A stretch of 53,735 bases of DNA. It comes from Planctomycetota bacterium (GTDB lineage Bacteria > Planctomycetota > UBA8108 > UBA1146 > JAKEFC01). Shown here one piece after another: positions 34,797 to 44,002 of this stretch; the first letter of the stretch is position 1, and each line of letters begins with the position of its first letter. The notes beneath the pieces are model-generated. The model had not been told where the DNA came from, did not search any database, and saw only the letters and a program-made list of their open reading frames with translations. Where the stretch lies: NCBI GenBank assembly GCA_022616235.1, contig JAKEFC010000077.1, positions 1 to 53,735 of the forward strand, in the 5' to 3' direction. The position numbers and the translations under genes were made by a program.

Positions 34797-35057
34797 ATGG
34801 GAGTCGTGACCGAGGACCACCGGGCTTTCGTGGCTTCGCTTCCCCACGAGGACACGCAGTTGCTGGTCCTCCGCGATGAATTGTATGACGGATCTTGGGA
34901 AGAGATGCGGCGGGACCTGGAAGCGCGGCGCGATGGCAAGCCGTTCATTTTCAAGTTGATCAACCGCATCGAGGAGGACCTGAAGCGCATCGCTCGGCTG
35001 GCCGCGTACGAAGAAAGAAACGGCGTCGATCTGAAGGACTACCTCGAGGAGAAATAG
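34797..35057 (+). CDS. Small acidic hypothetical protein (86 aa)
   Basis: The SD is AGGGAGCA before the ATG. The composition looks coding (LRDELYDGSWEEMRRDLEARRDGKPFIFKLINRIEEDLKRI). Confidence 0.6.
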   Translation: MGVVTEDHRAFVASLPHEDTQLLVLRDELYDGSWEEMRRDLEARRDGKPFIFKLINRIEEDLKRIARLAAYEERNGVDLKDYLEEK

Positions 35058-35099
35058 ACCGAGCCGGTCTTCCGGCGCGCAGCGGAAGGAACGAAAGTC

Positions 35100-36452
35100 G
35101 TGAAGGGGCAAAGGACCAAAAGCATGCACTTGCCAATCGTACTCGCCGATTCGGGAGCGCTACTGACTCGATCCTCCCGCGGCCGCGGAATCGCCGCGGT
35201 CCTGGCGGGTCTTTGCCACGCCTCGATCGTACTCGGGCTCGCAGTCCTTTGCGGCTGTAGCGGCGGCACGCCCAGCGAGCGGACGACGCCGGCGGTGAAG
35301 ACGGCGAACACGGAGATCGGCGACACCGAATCGCTCGCGCGAGTCGTGATCCCGGATGAACGCCTCCAGGACATCGGATTCCTGAACCTGTGGGCGGGGC
35401 GACCGAGCAAGGGGGGCATCACGAACGCTTGGTTCCTGCTCGACAGCCTCTATGTCGAGCGCCAAGAGGGCCCATCGAAGTTCTTCCTCGAGAAGATCGA
35501 AGGGGCGACAGGGCTGCAGTCCTGGTCGTTTCCGCTGGAAGGACGCTTGGAGTTCGCGCCGCAGGTCTATCGCTATCCGAAGCACCTGCGCGCCGAGAAA
35601 AACGATGAGTTGTTCCTCGTACAGCACAAGGATGGCAGCGGCGACCATGTCTTCTGTCTCGACGACAGGTTCGGCGCCACGACTTACACGATTCCGTGCG
35701 GCTTCCTGGTTTCCTCGCCGGCGTCGGCGTCCGAAGAATTCGTGTTCGTCGGCTCTTGGAACAAGACGGTCTACGCGTTCTCCAAGCAGACGCAACGGCA
35801 GTCGTGGTTTTACATCACGGAAGGGCCGATCGTGGCCGCGCCCGAGACCGGCGACGTCAACGTATTCGTAGGCAGCGAAGACGGCTTCCTCTATTGCCTG
35901 AATCAAGAGAAGGGTTGGCTGCAAGGCACGTCATGGCGCGTGCGGACGGGCGCGAAGATCGAAGGCAAGCCCACCTTCTACCGCAGCCGGATCTATCTCG
36001 GCTCTTGGGACTACAAAGTTTACCGCTTCGAAATGTACCAAGGGATTCGCAACTGGAATCACTCCGTCGGCGCGCGCGTCTCCCAACCGATCTTCCCGTT
36101 CAAGGATTGGATCTTCGCGGTGCGCGAAGGAGATGTCGCGGCGGGGAAGAAGGAGCGTGCGCTCGTTGCGATCGAAGACGGCGTGGAGAGCCGCATCAAT
36201 TGGGAGCGGCCGGCGGTGCGCAGAGTCCTCGCCGCCGATGGTCTCCATTGCTACGTGCTCGCCGATGACGGGGCGATGAACATCAACGCTCTCCGCCTCG
36301 GCGATGGAACGCCGGCGTGGACGTTGGATGCGGGCAGCTTCGACTTCGTGCTCGGGCAAGATGCGGAACAGGGCGCGGCGCGGGAGAAGTGGGGACAGAT
36401 CTATCTCGTCAGTCGCGACGGCATCATGCAGTGCATCCGGCCGCGCCGGTAG
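35100..36452 (+). CDS. Lipoprotein with PQQ-like/BamB-like beta-propeller repeats
   Basis: The lipobox is LAVLCGC. Repeated motifs of the type 'VYAF...W', 'GFLYCLN...GW' and 'KVYRFE' are present. The start is GTG 35100 or ATG 35124. Confidence 0.75.
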   Translation: MKGQRTKSMHLPIVLADSGALLTRSSRGRGIAAVLAGLCHASIVLGLAVLCGCSGGTPSERTTPAVKTANTEIGDTESLARVVIPDERLQDIGFLNLWAGRPSKGGITNAWFLLDSLYVERQEGPSKFFLEKIEGATGLQSWSFPLEGRLEFAPQVYRYPKHLRAEKNDELFLVQHKDGSGDHVFCLDDRFGATTYTIPCGFLVSSPASASEEFVFVGSWNKTVYAFSKQTQRQSWFYITEGPIVAAPETGDVNVFVGSEDGFLYCLNQEKGWLQGTSWRVRTGAKIEGKPTFYRSRIYLGSWDYKVYRFEMYQGIRNWNHSVGARVSQPIFPFKDWIFAVREGDVAAGKKERALVAIEDGVESRINWERPAVRRVLAADGLHCYVLADDGAMNINALRLGDGTPAWTLDAGSFDFVLGQDAEQGAAREKWGQIYLVSRDGIMQCIRPRR

Positions 36453-36455
36453 GTT

Positions 36456-37907
36456 TCATCGGGCGTCGCGGCACTCCGCCAGGAGCCTCGCGAATATGAA
36501 TGCAGCGGGCGATGCCGCCGCCTCCAGGCGCACACTCGCGAGGTGCCGGTGCGCGCCGCTCGCCGCCGCGCGGCGGATCGCCGGGAGCCAGCACGGCGTG
36601 CCATTCCAAGCGAGCACGGGAAAGAGACCCCGCAACGGCTTTGGAATCCCTCGCGCGCGGAGCGTCTCCGAGACCTCCGCGCTGCCCGCGGCGAGCGCCA
36701 AGCGGTCTCCGGGTCGGGGCGGTCGCAGCTCGAGCGTGCCATCCAACCACGCGGATGGCAGTGAGATCTCGGCCGCGCCTCCGCCGGCGTCTCCGGCTCC
36801 AGGAACCACCGATACGGTGAGCCCGAGCGGCATCCAGGGAGTATCTCCGGGAACGCGAAGCGGCACCGGCGCCTGCGCGCCAGGCGTCGACTCGGCCCGC
36901 AACACGTAGATCCAACCGCCCGCCCGTTGCAGCGTCCAGCGGTCGGGCAAGTCATAGCTCGATCCATCCCCTTTGCCCTGGATCAGCTCCCGCCATGCCC
37001 TGTGATGGTCGCGATTGAGTCCTGCCTGGCGCCCGGCTGCCCGTTCCCAGATGAGATCCAAGAGCGGGGCGAGCAACGCGGGCGGCAGCTCGGTCCCGCC
37101 GCCGAGATCGGCACGCTTCAGCGCGGCGATGTGCGGTCCGTAGCAGATCTTCGAAGCGAGTTCCGCGATTCGAGCGGCGCATAGTTCCTCTTGCAGCGCG
37201 GCGTCCTCCGCGAGGCCGAGGAGCGCGAAGCGTACCTCCGGATTGTGCTCCCTCTCCAGGTAGGGGAGTAGGTCGAGCCGCAAACGATTGCGCCGAAACG
37301 TTCGCTCGATGTTGGACGCGTCGATCCGATACGGCAGGCCGCACTCCGCGCAAAAATCTGCGAGGTCGCTCCGCGCGTGCGCGAGCAACGGGCGGAGCAG
37401 CAGGGTCGCCCGCGCGCCGGCGAGTGGGCGCGCGCTCCGCATGCCGCGCAGTCCGCGGAGGCCGGTGCCGCGCAGGATGTTGCCGAGCACCGTTTCGACT
37501 TGGTCGTCGGCGGTGTGGCCGGTGGCGACCGCGAACAGCGAATTCTCGTTGCCCCAGCGCGCGAATGCTTCCAAGCGCGCGTTACGCGCGGCAGTCTCCA
37601 GCGAGGTCCGCGTCGCGGCGGCGAGCGCCCGCACATCGACCCGTTCTTCCGTATGGGGAAGGGAATTGGCGGATGCTAGCTCGCGGCAATGTGCGGCATC
37701 GAGGTCCGATTCGCGGCCGCGCAACCCGTGGTTCACGTGGCCGGCGCTCAGCTCGAGGTCGCTCCTCCTGTGCGCGCGGAGCGCGATGAAGAGTCCCAGG
37801 AGCGCCGTCGAGTCCGGGCCCCCGGAAAGTGCGAGGCGAATGCGCGCCCCGCGCGGAAGCTCCGGCAGCCGAGAAAGCGCGTGCAGGAAGCGCGGATAGG
37901 CGTCCAT
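36456..37907 (-). CDS. tilS: tRNA(Ile)-lysidine synthase
   Basis: The PP-loop motif is LALSGGPDSTALL. HVNHGLRG and ATGHTADDQVETVL are present, with a C-terminal TilS substrate domain. The true ATG is at 37907, inside track ORF 36456..38192. Confidence 0.9.
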   Translation of the reverse strand: MDAYPRFLHALSRLPELPRGARIRLALSGGPDSTALLGLFIALRAHRRSDLELSAGHVNHGLRGRESDLDAAHCRELASANSLPHTEERVDVRALAAATRTSLETAARNARLEAFARWGNENSLFAVATGHTADDQVETVLGNILRGTGLRGLRGMRSARPLAGARATLLLRPLLAHARSDLADFCAECGLPYRIDASNIERTFRRNRLRLDLLPYLEREHNPEVRFALLGLAEDAALQEELCAARIAELASKICYGPHIAALKRADLGGGTELPPALLAPLLDLIWERAAGRQAGLNRDHHRAWRELIQGKGDGSSYDLPDRWTLQRAGGWIYVLRAESTPGAQAPVPLRVPGDTPWMPLGLTVSVVPGAGDAGGGAAEISLPSAWLDGTLELRPPRPGDRLALAAGSAEVSETLRARGIPKPLRGLFPVLAWNGTPCWLPAIRRAAASGAHRHLASVRLEAAASPAAFIFARLLAECRDAR

Positions 37908-37954
37908 CTCCGCCTTCCTGTTGCTCGGCCTTCCTCTTGCTCGATGCGGCGCCG

Positions 37955-38872
37955 CTATTCGATCACGAATTCGAATTCGAGCGCCCTGTCCGCGGGCGCG
38001 GGCGGAGCCGCGAGTGGGCTCAATGCCGAGATCTCCTCGCGGAGCTTCGGCGGCGCCGGTGCCGAACCTGGCGGAGCCTCGATTCGAAGGTCGAAGATAG
38101 CGCCATTCGGATCGACGCGAAAGCGCAGCACGTAGATGCGCGCTCCCCGCGCGGCGCTCGCGCTTCCTCCTGCCGCGTGCGTGCTCGCCCAAACGGCGAG
38201 CAAGTGCTCGCGGATCCGCTCCCGCACAGCGAATCGATACTGCCTGAGCGGCTCGGCTTCCGCCCGCTCCTTCCGCACGCGCGCGAGGAGCGCGTCGGCC
38301 GCTTTCTCGTCGAATGCGGTTGAGACTTCATCCGCGGCCTGCAGGGGCGTCGCGGCGATCTCCGCGCGTGCGGCGTAAGAATTCGCTTGGGCGGCGAGAG
38401 CGCTCCCGCGCAAGAGAGCCGACGCGGCCGCAGCCGCGGCGAATCGTTCCCGCGGCGAAATGGAGTGCCGTGGGGACGGAGGCGACTGCTCGCGCGGCCG
38501 CGTCTCCGCCGGCGCGGCTGCCGGCGTTACCTCGAGCGCAGCGCTGGGCGCCGCCGCCCGGCTCGGGAGGACTTCGCGTTCCGGAAGAGGCGCTTCGTCC
38601 TCCCTGGCAATGGAGAGCGTGATCCGATCCGCTGCGATCAAGACGGGCCCTTCGAAAGGGTCGACGAGCAAGAGCCCGACGTGGAGGAGGATCGAGGCCG
38701 CGAACGAGCGCTGGAGGAGGGAGAGGTCGGCGAGAGCGACGCGTGTGTGCGCGGCGGCGGCAGCGGCGGCCTGCGCTCGCGCGGGGAGGCCGCCGCGAAT
38801 CCGCGCCGCGGGAGCGCCGTCGCTCCGGCGATCGCTGGCCGCCGGGATCCTTCTCGCTTCGCCTCGATTCAT
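37955..38872 (-). CDS. TonB-like energy-transducer family protein
   Basis: The N-terminal TM helix is SFAASILLHVGLLLV, followed by a Pro/Ala-rich spacer. The C-terminal segment is TonB_C-like (RIYVLRFRVDPNGAIFDLRIE). The start was chosen at ATG 38872. Confidence 0.6.
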   Translation of the reverse strand: MNRGEARRIPAASDRRSDGAPAARIRGGLPARAQAAAAAAAHTRVALADLSLLQRSFAASILLHVGLLLVDPFEGPVLIAADRITLSIAREDEAPLPEREVLPSRAAAPSAALEVTPAAAPAETRPREQSPPSPRHSISPRERFAAAAAASALLRGSALAAQANSYAARAEIAATPLQAADEVSTAFDEKAADALLARVRKERAEAEPLRQYRFAVRERIREHLLAVWASTHAAGGSASAARGARIYVLRFRVDPNGAIFDLRIEAPPGSAPAPPKLREEISALSPLAAPPAPADRALEFEFVIE

Positions 38873-39035
38873 GCGCTCGGGCTCCCTCGGACCCGCCGGC
38901 GGAAGGGCGGTTCGGCCGAGCCCATTCCGAGCGGCTCGCACCGCGAATGGTCTGGAGCGCGCGCAACCGCCGGCACCGGCTAGTTTGCAGGAGCGATCCG
39001 CGAAAACAAGGGCGCAGTCCCGCGCCCGGACCTTA

Positions 39036-39213
39036 GAGCCTACCCCAAAACCTCGCCTGGCTTCGGTCGGCTGCGAGGCGCGCGCGCGGCGTCGAGCCTC
39101 ATCGCCGTATTTTTCCATCAATACGGCTCTTCGGCTCTCCTTGCGCGCGCGCCTCTCGCTCGACCCCAATAACTCCAGGTGATGGCCGACGGCGATGTTG
39201 TTGGGATAGGCTC
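39036..39213 (-). repeat. Copy B, the full-length 178-nt imperfect palindrome of the repeat family, starting at the nucleotide after the upstream gene's stop
   Basis: The termini GAGCCTACCCCAAAACCTCGCC (39036-39057, + strand) and GAGCCTATCCCAACAACATCGCC (39213-39191, - strand) are inverted repeats, giving about 20 pairs. Inner arm pairing is GGTCG/CGACC, GCGAG/CTCGC, a GC run, and GAGCC/GGCTC. The tip hairpin is CCGTATT-N8-AATACGG at 39105-39126. Confidence 0.8.
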
Positions 39214-41163
39214 CTATTTCTCGGTCCTTGCGAGCCACTTCTTCCAGTCTCGCTCTAGCTCCTGGATGGTCGCGAACTGCGTGACGCGCGGAAGCACATC
39301 GGCCAAGCGCTCCTCCGTCAACGCGCGCAGGAGCGGGAAGAAGCTCCGCGCGCCGAAGCGCTCCCGCAAGTAGCCCGCTACGGAGTTGCTCTGCGCGTAG
39401 AAGAGCGTCACTTGGGCTTCTTCCGGATAGGTGCTCGCGGCGAGGAGCGATTCGAGCGGGAAGAGCGATCCGTCCTCCAACGCTTCGAGGACGACGCGGC
39501 GGTAGTACTCCTGCTTGTAGGCAGGCTCTTCGCTCGTTGCGACTCCTTCTTCCATCCACGCGGGATAGGCGGCAGTGCCGCCAAGCACGTAGGGTAGGAG
39601 CGCGTGCGCCAGCTCGTGCGGGATCGACGCGGAGAGGAATTGGGGCGCGGCTGTGTTGAAGTGGATCTCCGTGCCGAATACGGCCCCATAGCGCCGCTCC
39701 ACCGCGGTGAAGCCGTTGCTCCACGAGGGCGCATTCGTGTGGGCGCGAAGCTCTTCGGCGCTCGCGTGGAGGAAGACGTGGATCCTGGCGCGGAACTGCG
39801 GCAGCTCCTCCCCCCGGAACCAGCGCTGGCAGATCCGCGCGAAGTGGTGCTCGAGATAGCGCTCGACCTCTTTCGCTTGCGCTTTGTTGCGGTGGCGAAT
39901 TGCGAAATAGCGCGACTCGTGCACGGCGCGCGCGGCCTGCTCCTCCTGCCAGCGCGGATCGGCGGAGACCGAAGCACTGTCGCCGGCGAGGCGCTGCTCC
40001 GCGCGCCGCCGCAGCTCGACGAGGTTCCTTGCGCCATCGATCACGCGATTCTCGGGTCCCGCGATCTTCGCGTAGTGGCGCGCCGCTTCGCCTAGGTCGC
40101 CGGCCCGTTCCGCCGTGAGCGCGAGGTGATAGCGGATGGACGGTTCCTCCGGGAGCAGGTCGTGGACGGCGAGGAGCCGTACGCGCGCGGCAGAGAAGTC
40201 CCCTTTCTCTAGGAGCGGCGCCACGGCCCGCAGCTCCGCGTACGCGAGCGGAAGCTCGAGGGTACGGATCAGGTCGGGTTCCTGGCGGAGCGCTTCCTGG
40301 TAGCAGGCGGACGCGTCGGCGAAGCGCTCGCCGTTGAAGTGCGCGTTTCCGACTTGGACCGCGCTCTCAGCCCAGGTGCGGCGATGGTCCGTGCGGGCCT
40401 CGGGAAAACGCTGCAACAGCTCCTTGAACGCCGCATAGGCTTCCTGCCAGCGCCCGGCTCCGCGCGCGGCGGCCGCGCGCGCCGCGAGGTCCGCGCGCGC
40501 GGCTTCTGCCTGCCGCGCCTTCGCGATGAGTGCGGCCAGCTCGGGCGCCTCGGGGTCGATCCCCTCCGCCTCGGCGAGGTGCGTCGTCGCCGCGTTCGTG
40601 CGCCCCTCGGTGAGCAAGCGCTCGCCGGTGGCAATCAGGGCTTTGATGAGCGCCCGCTTTCCCGCCTCGGCGGCGGGATTCTCTTGCCACGCCGCGCGCA
40701 GGAATTCGAGCCCGCGCTCCGCATCTCTTGCCAGCAGCTCTTCGCCGGTGTGGCGAAGAAAATCATCTTCATCCTCCGTGATCACGCTGGCGACTTGGCG
40801 CGCCGGAATCATCATCTCGCCGTAGGGCAGCTCGAGTGCCACCCCTGCATCGGTGTGGGCGATCACGCGGCCCCGAATGCGATTGCCGTTCTTGAGCACG
40901 ACGATGTCGGCGACGAGCCGTGCGGGCATGGCGAGCGCAACGAAAGTCGTGAACGCGAAGAACGCCGCGCAGGTACAGCGCCGGCTTCTCCTCGCGCATG
41001 GTTCATGCGCAGCCAAAGTCCTCCCCTCGCGAGGCAACGCGCGGGCGCAGGACGCGCTCGCCGAAGTTGCCGATGCCCGAAGTTGCCGAAGCGCGGACCC
41101 GGAGCCGCGAAGCGACCTCCGGCCGCCGGCGAGCTCTCGGGCCCAATCGGATCGAGACTCCAA
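39214..41163 (-). CDS. Secreted TPR-repeat protein with a C-terminal HExxH (peptidase MA / DUF1570-like) domain
   Basis: The signal-like segment is RRSRRCTCAAFFAFTTFVALA, followed by VVLKNGNRIRGRV and TPR-like helices. The IPHELAHALL zinc-metalloprotease motif is present. The start is uncertain: ATG 41163 or an internal TTG near 41016. Confidence 0.75.
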   Translation of the reverse strand: MESRSDWARELAGGRRSLRGSGSALRQLRASATSASASCARALPREGRTLAAHEPCARRSRRCTCAAFFAFTTFVALAMPARLVADIVVLKNGNRIRGRVIAHTDAGVALELPYGEMMIPARQVASVITEDEDDFLRHTGEELLARDAERGLEFLRAAWQENPAAEAGKRALIKALIATGERLLTEGRTNAATTHLAEAEGIDPEAPELAALIAKARQAEAARADLAARAAAARGAGRWQEAYAAFKELLQRFPEARTDHRRTWAESAVQVGNAHFNGERFADASACYQEALRQEPDLIRTLELPLAYAELRAVAPLLEKGDFSAARVRLLAVHDLLPEEPSIRYHLALTAERAGDLGEAARHYAKIAGPENRVIDGARNLVELRRRAEQRLAGDSASVSADPRWQEEQAARAVHESRYFAIRHRNKAQAKEVERYLEHHFARICQRWFRGEELPQFRARIHVFLHASAEELRAHTNAPSWSNGFTAVERRYGAVFGTEIHFNTAAPQFLSASIPHELAHALLPYVLGGTAAYPAWMEEGVATSEEPAYKQEYYRRVVLEALEDGSLFPLESLLAASTYPEEAQVTLFYAQSNSVAGYLRERFGARSFFPLLRALTEERLADVLPRVTQFATIQELERDWKKWLARTEK

Positions 41164-41330
41164 GGGATTATCGGTACGAACGACCTTCCCATTCTGTACT
41201 TTTCCTGCGCGAGGCGCATACTGGCGCGCTTTCCCAGCGTCGTAGCCAAGCGCTCGGCTGCGGGAGCAGCTCCGCCGCGGCGGCGAGGAAACCGGGCGAA
41301 ATCCCCTTTGGAAGCGAGCAGGAATCAGGA

Positions 41331-42749
41331 ATGGCGGATGAATTCCAGGACCCGATAGCCCATCGCTACGCGTCCGCCGCGATGCGCGAGATCTTCTCGC
41401 CGCGGCGCCGCGCGCTCGTATGGCGCGACATCTGGATCGCGCTCGCGGAAGCCCAACACGAGCTTGGCCTCGCCATCACCCCCGCGCAGCTTCGCGCCCT
41501 GCGCGAACGGCGAGACCACATCGACGTCGCGGCGATCGCGGCTCACGAGCAGCGCCTCCGCCACGATGTCATGGCGCATATCCACGCCTACGGCGAGGCG
41601 GCGCCCGAAGCGCGCGGGATACTGCACTGGGGCGCGACTTCTTGCGACATCACGGACAACGGGGATTTGATCCTCATGCGCGACGCGCTTCGCCTCGTCG
41701 CGGAGCGCCTGCTCCGGATGATTCACGCGCTCGCCGCCTTCGCGGGGCGCGAGGCGCGCCGGCCGACCCTCGGTCTCACTCACTTGCAGCCCGCGCAGCT
41801 AACGACGGTGGGAAAGCGCGCCGCGCTCTGGATCCAGGACCTCGTCGGATCGTGGGAGTCGCTCGTCGATCTCGAGCGCTCGCTTCCATTTCGCGGCATC
41901 AAGGGAGCGACCGGAACCCAGGGCTCATTCTTGCAGCTCTTTCGCGGGAAGGGCGAGCTTGTCGCCGAGCTGGACCGCCGGGTGGCCGCGAAGATGGCGT
42001 TCTCCCGCATGCTGCCGCTCGCCGGCCAGACCTATCCTCGCGTGCTCGACTTCCGGCTCATCAGCCGACTCGGAGAATTGGCGGTCGTTCTCCATAAATT
42101 CTCGACGGATCTTCGCCTGTTGCAGAGCTTCGGGGAGATCGAAGAGCCGCTCGAGAAGTCGCAGGTCGGGTCGTCCGCGATGCCGCACAAGAGGAACCCG
42201 ATGCGCTGCGAGCGCATCGGGGCGCTCGCCAAGATGCTGCTCGGTCTCGCGCCGGGGTTCGGAATGATGGCAGCCACGCAATGGATGGAGCGCTCGCTCG
42301 ACGACAGTGCCATGCGCCGTACCGCGCTCCCGCAAGCGTTCCTCATCGCGGATGCGCTCCTCGTCCTCGGCTTGAACGTCGCCCGCGGCCTTACGGTTCA
42401 TCCCGCCATCATCGAGCATCGCATCGAGCAGCAGCTTCCATTCCTCGCCGCGGAAGAGCTCATGTTGGAAGGGGTGGCGGAGGGTGGCAACCGCCAAGAG
42501 CTGCACGAGCGGCTGCGCGGTTTGGCGTGGCAAGCGTCTGAATCAGTACAGCGCGGGGAACCAAATCCCCTGCGCGCGCTCCTCGAAGGCGATTCGGTAC
42601 TCGGCCCGCTCGTGCGCGCGCTACCGCCGTGGCGCGCGGACCGGTTCATCGGCCTCGCGCCGCAGCAAACCACGGACTATCTCGAGAGCGTGGTGGCGAA
42701 GCTTCCGCAGCCTGCCGCGGAGCGCGGCGACGACGAGATTCGCGTGTAG
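41331..42749 (+). CDS. purB: Adenylosuccinate lyase
   Basis: The fumarate-lyase signature GSSAMPHKRNP is present, along with THLQPAQLTTVGKR, across 472 aa. The SD is AGGAATCAGGA. Confidence 0.93.
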   Translation: MADEFQDPIAHRYASAAMREIFSPRRRALVWRDIWIALAEAQHELGLAITPAQLRALRERRDHIDVAAIAAHEQRLRHDVMAHIHAYGEAAPEARGILHWGATSCDITDNGDLILMRDALRLVAERLLRMIHALAAFAGREARRPTLGLTHLQPAQLTTVGKRAALWIQDLVGSWESLVDLERSLPFRGIKGATGTQGSFLQLFRGKGELVAELDRRVAAKMAFSRMLPLAGQTYPRVLDFRLISRLGELAVVLHKFSTDLRLLQSFGEIEEPLEKSQVGSSAMPHKRNPMRCERIGALAKMLLGLAPGFGMMAATQWMERSLDDSAMRRTALPQAFLIADALLVLGLNVARGLTVHPAIIEHRIEQQLPFLAAEELMLEGVAEGGNRQELHERLRGLAWQASESVQRGEPNPLRALLEGDSVLGPLVRALPPWRADRFIGLAPQQTTDYLESVVAKLPQPAAERGDDEIRV

Positions 42750-42798
42750 TGCCGCGCCGGGTGAGGTTGCCACGCGCCGAGCGGATGGGGGCCTAGCT

Positions 42799-43704
42799 GT
42801 GGCCGCGTTTCGCGCCCAAGTAGTGCAGCGATCGAGCCGCGAACTCCTCGTGCGGAGCGCGGATGGAGAAGAGTGGGTGTGCGAGCTGCGCGGCGTGCTG
42901 CGGTTACGCGAAGACGGCGCCGTCGCGGTGGGAGATTGGGTCGAGGCTGAAGAGGACGCTCCCGGGCGCGGGCGCGTGCGCGAAGTGCTGCCGCGCAAGA
43001 ACTCGCTCTCGCGGCTGCGCGCCGCGGGCGCCGGCCGCGAGTTGATCCTCGCCGCGAATATCGACCAAGTGGTCGCGCTCTTCGCCGCACGCAGGCCGCG
43101 CCTCAAGTTCGGCGCTTTGGATCGCTTGCTGATCGCGGCCGAAGCACACTCGATTCCGGCGCGCATACTCGTGAACAAGAGCGACCTCGGAATCGATCCC
43201 GAAATCGAGGAGCGGCTGGCGCTCTATCCGGCGCTCGGCTACCCCGTTCATTACCTGAGCATCGCGACCGCGGTGGGAGTGCAGGAAGTGGAAGCCGAGC
43301 TCCGCGATCGCGCGAGCGTCGTCGCCGGTCCATCCGGCGGCGGCAAGTCCTCGCTCCTCAATGCGTTGCTCCCCGGGCTCGATCTGCGCGTCGGGGAGGT
43401 CAGCGAGCACAACGAAAAGGGGCGCCACACGACGACGGCGATGAATTGGTACGCGCTCCCTGCCGGAGGCGCGCTCATCGACACTCCGGGGTTTCGCGAG
43501 TATCAGCTTTGGGGAATCGCTCCCGGCGAACTCGCGGAATTGTTTCCAGAGATACGGCTCCATTTGGGCAATTGTCGCTTCGGCGATTGCCGGCACGCGA
43601 ACGAGCCCGCTTGCGGCGTACGAGCCGCCGTAGAATCCGGCAGCGTTGCGCCCGTTCGCTACGAGAGTTACCTGCAGATCCTCGAAAGCCTAGGTTCGCC
43701 GTGA
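42799..43704 (+). CDS. rsgA: Ribosome small-subunit-dependent GTPase A
   Basis: It shows circularly permuted GTPase order: NKSDL, then GPSGGGKSSLLNAL, then DTPGFRE. The C-terminal zinc knuckle is CRFGDCRHANEPAC. The GTG start at 42799 follows the purB stop. Confidence 0.88.
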   Translation: MAAFRAQVVQRSSRELLVRSADGEEWVCELRGVLRLREDGAVAVGDWVEAEEDAPGRGRVREVLPRKNSLSRLRAAGAGRELILAANIDQVVALFAARRPRLKFGALDRLLIAAEAHSIPARILVNKSDLGIDPEIEERLALYPALGYPVHYLSIATAVGVQEVEAELRDRASVVAGPSGGGKSSLLNALLPGLDLRVGEVSEHNEKGRHTTTAMNWYALPAGGALIDTPGFREYQLWGIAPGELAELFPEIRLHLGNCRFGDCRHANEPACGVRAAVESGSVAPVRYESYLQILESLGSP

Positions 43705-44002
43705 GCCGCGCCGCGGCCGCCGGGGTTATCGGCACCTCCGCGCCGCAGTCGCCGCGCTCGCCAGTGCCGTGCGCAGGCCAAGCGGTGCGGAGCGCGCGCG
43801 GGTTCGGAGCACACGGCTCCGTCTTATCGATTCTCGTCGCCGGTCCGCCGGCGCACGCCGCGGGAAGGCGGCGCCGCACCGAGTCTTTCGCGCGCGCCGC
43901 GCCTTGCGGATTCGCGCAGCGCACCTACGATTGACGCCACGGAGTCGATTTCCGCGCTTGGCGCCAGCGCAGGGCGGGTAGCGCGGCAACGCGGAGGGCG
44001 GC

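Noticed and set aside
37955-39724. A 589-aa minus-strand ORF spanning the TonB-like gene, repeat copy B and the 3' end of the peptidase gene.
   Set aside because: Upstream of ATG 38872 the translation is Arg-rich junk. It runs through the palindromic repeat and overlaps the well-supported peptidase frame. Only 37955-38872 was kept.
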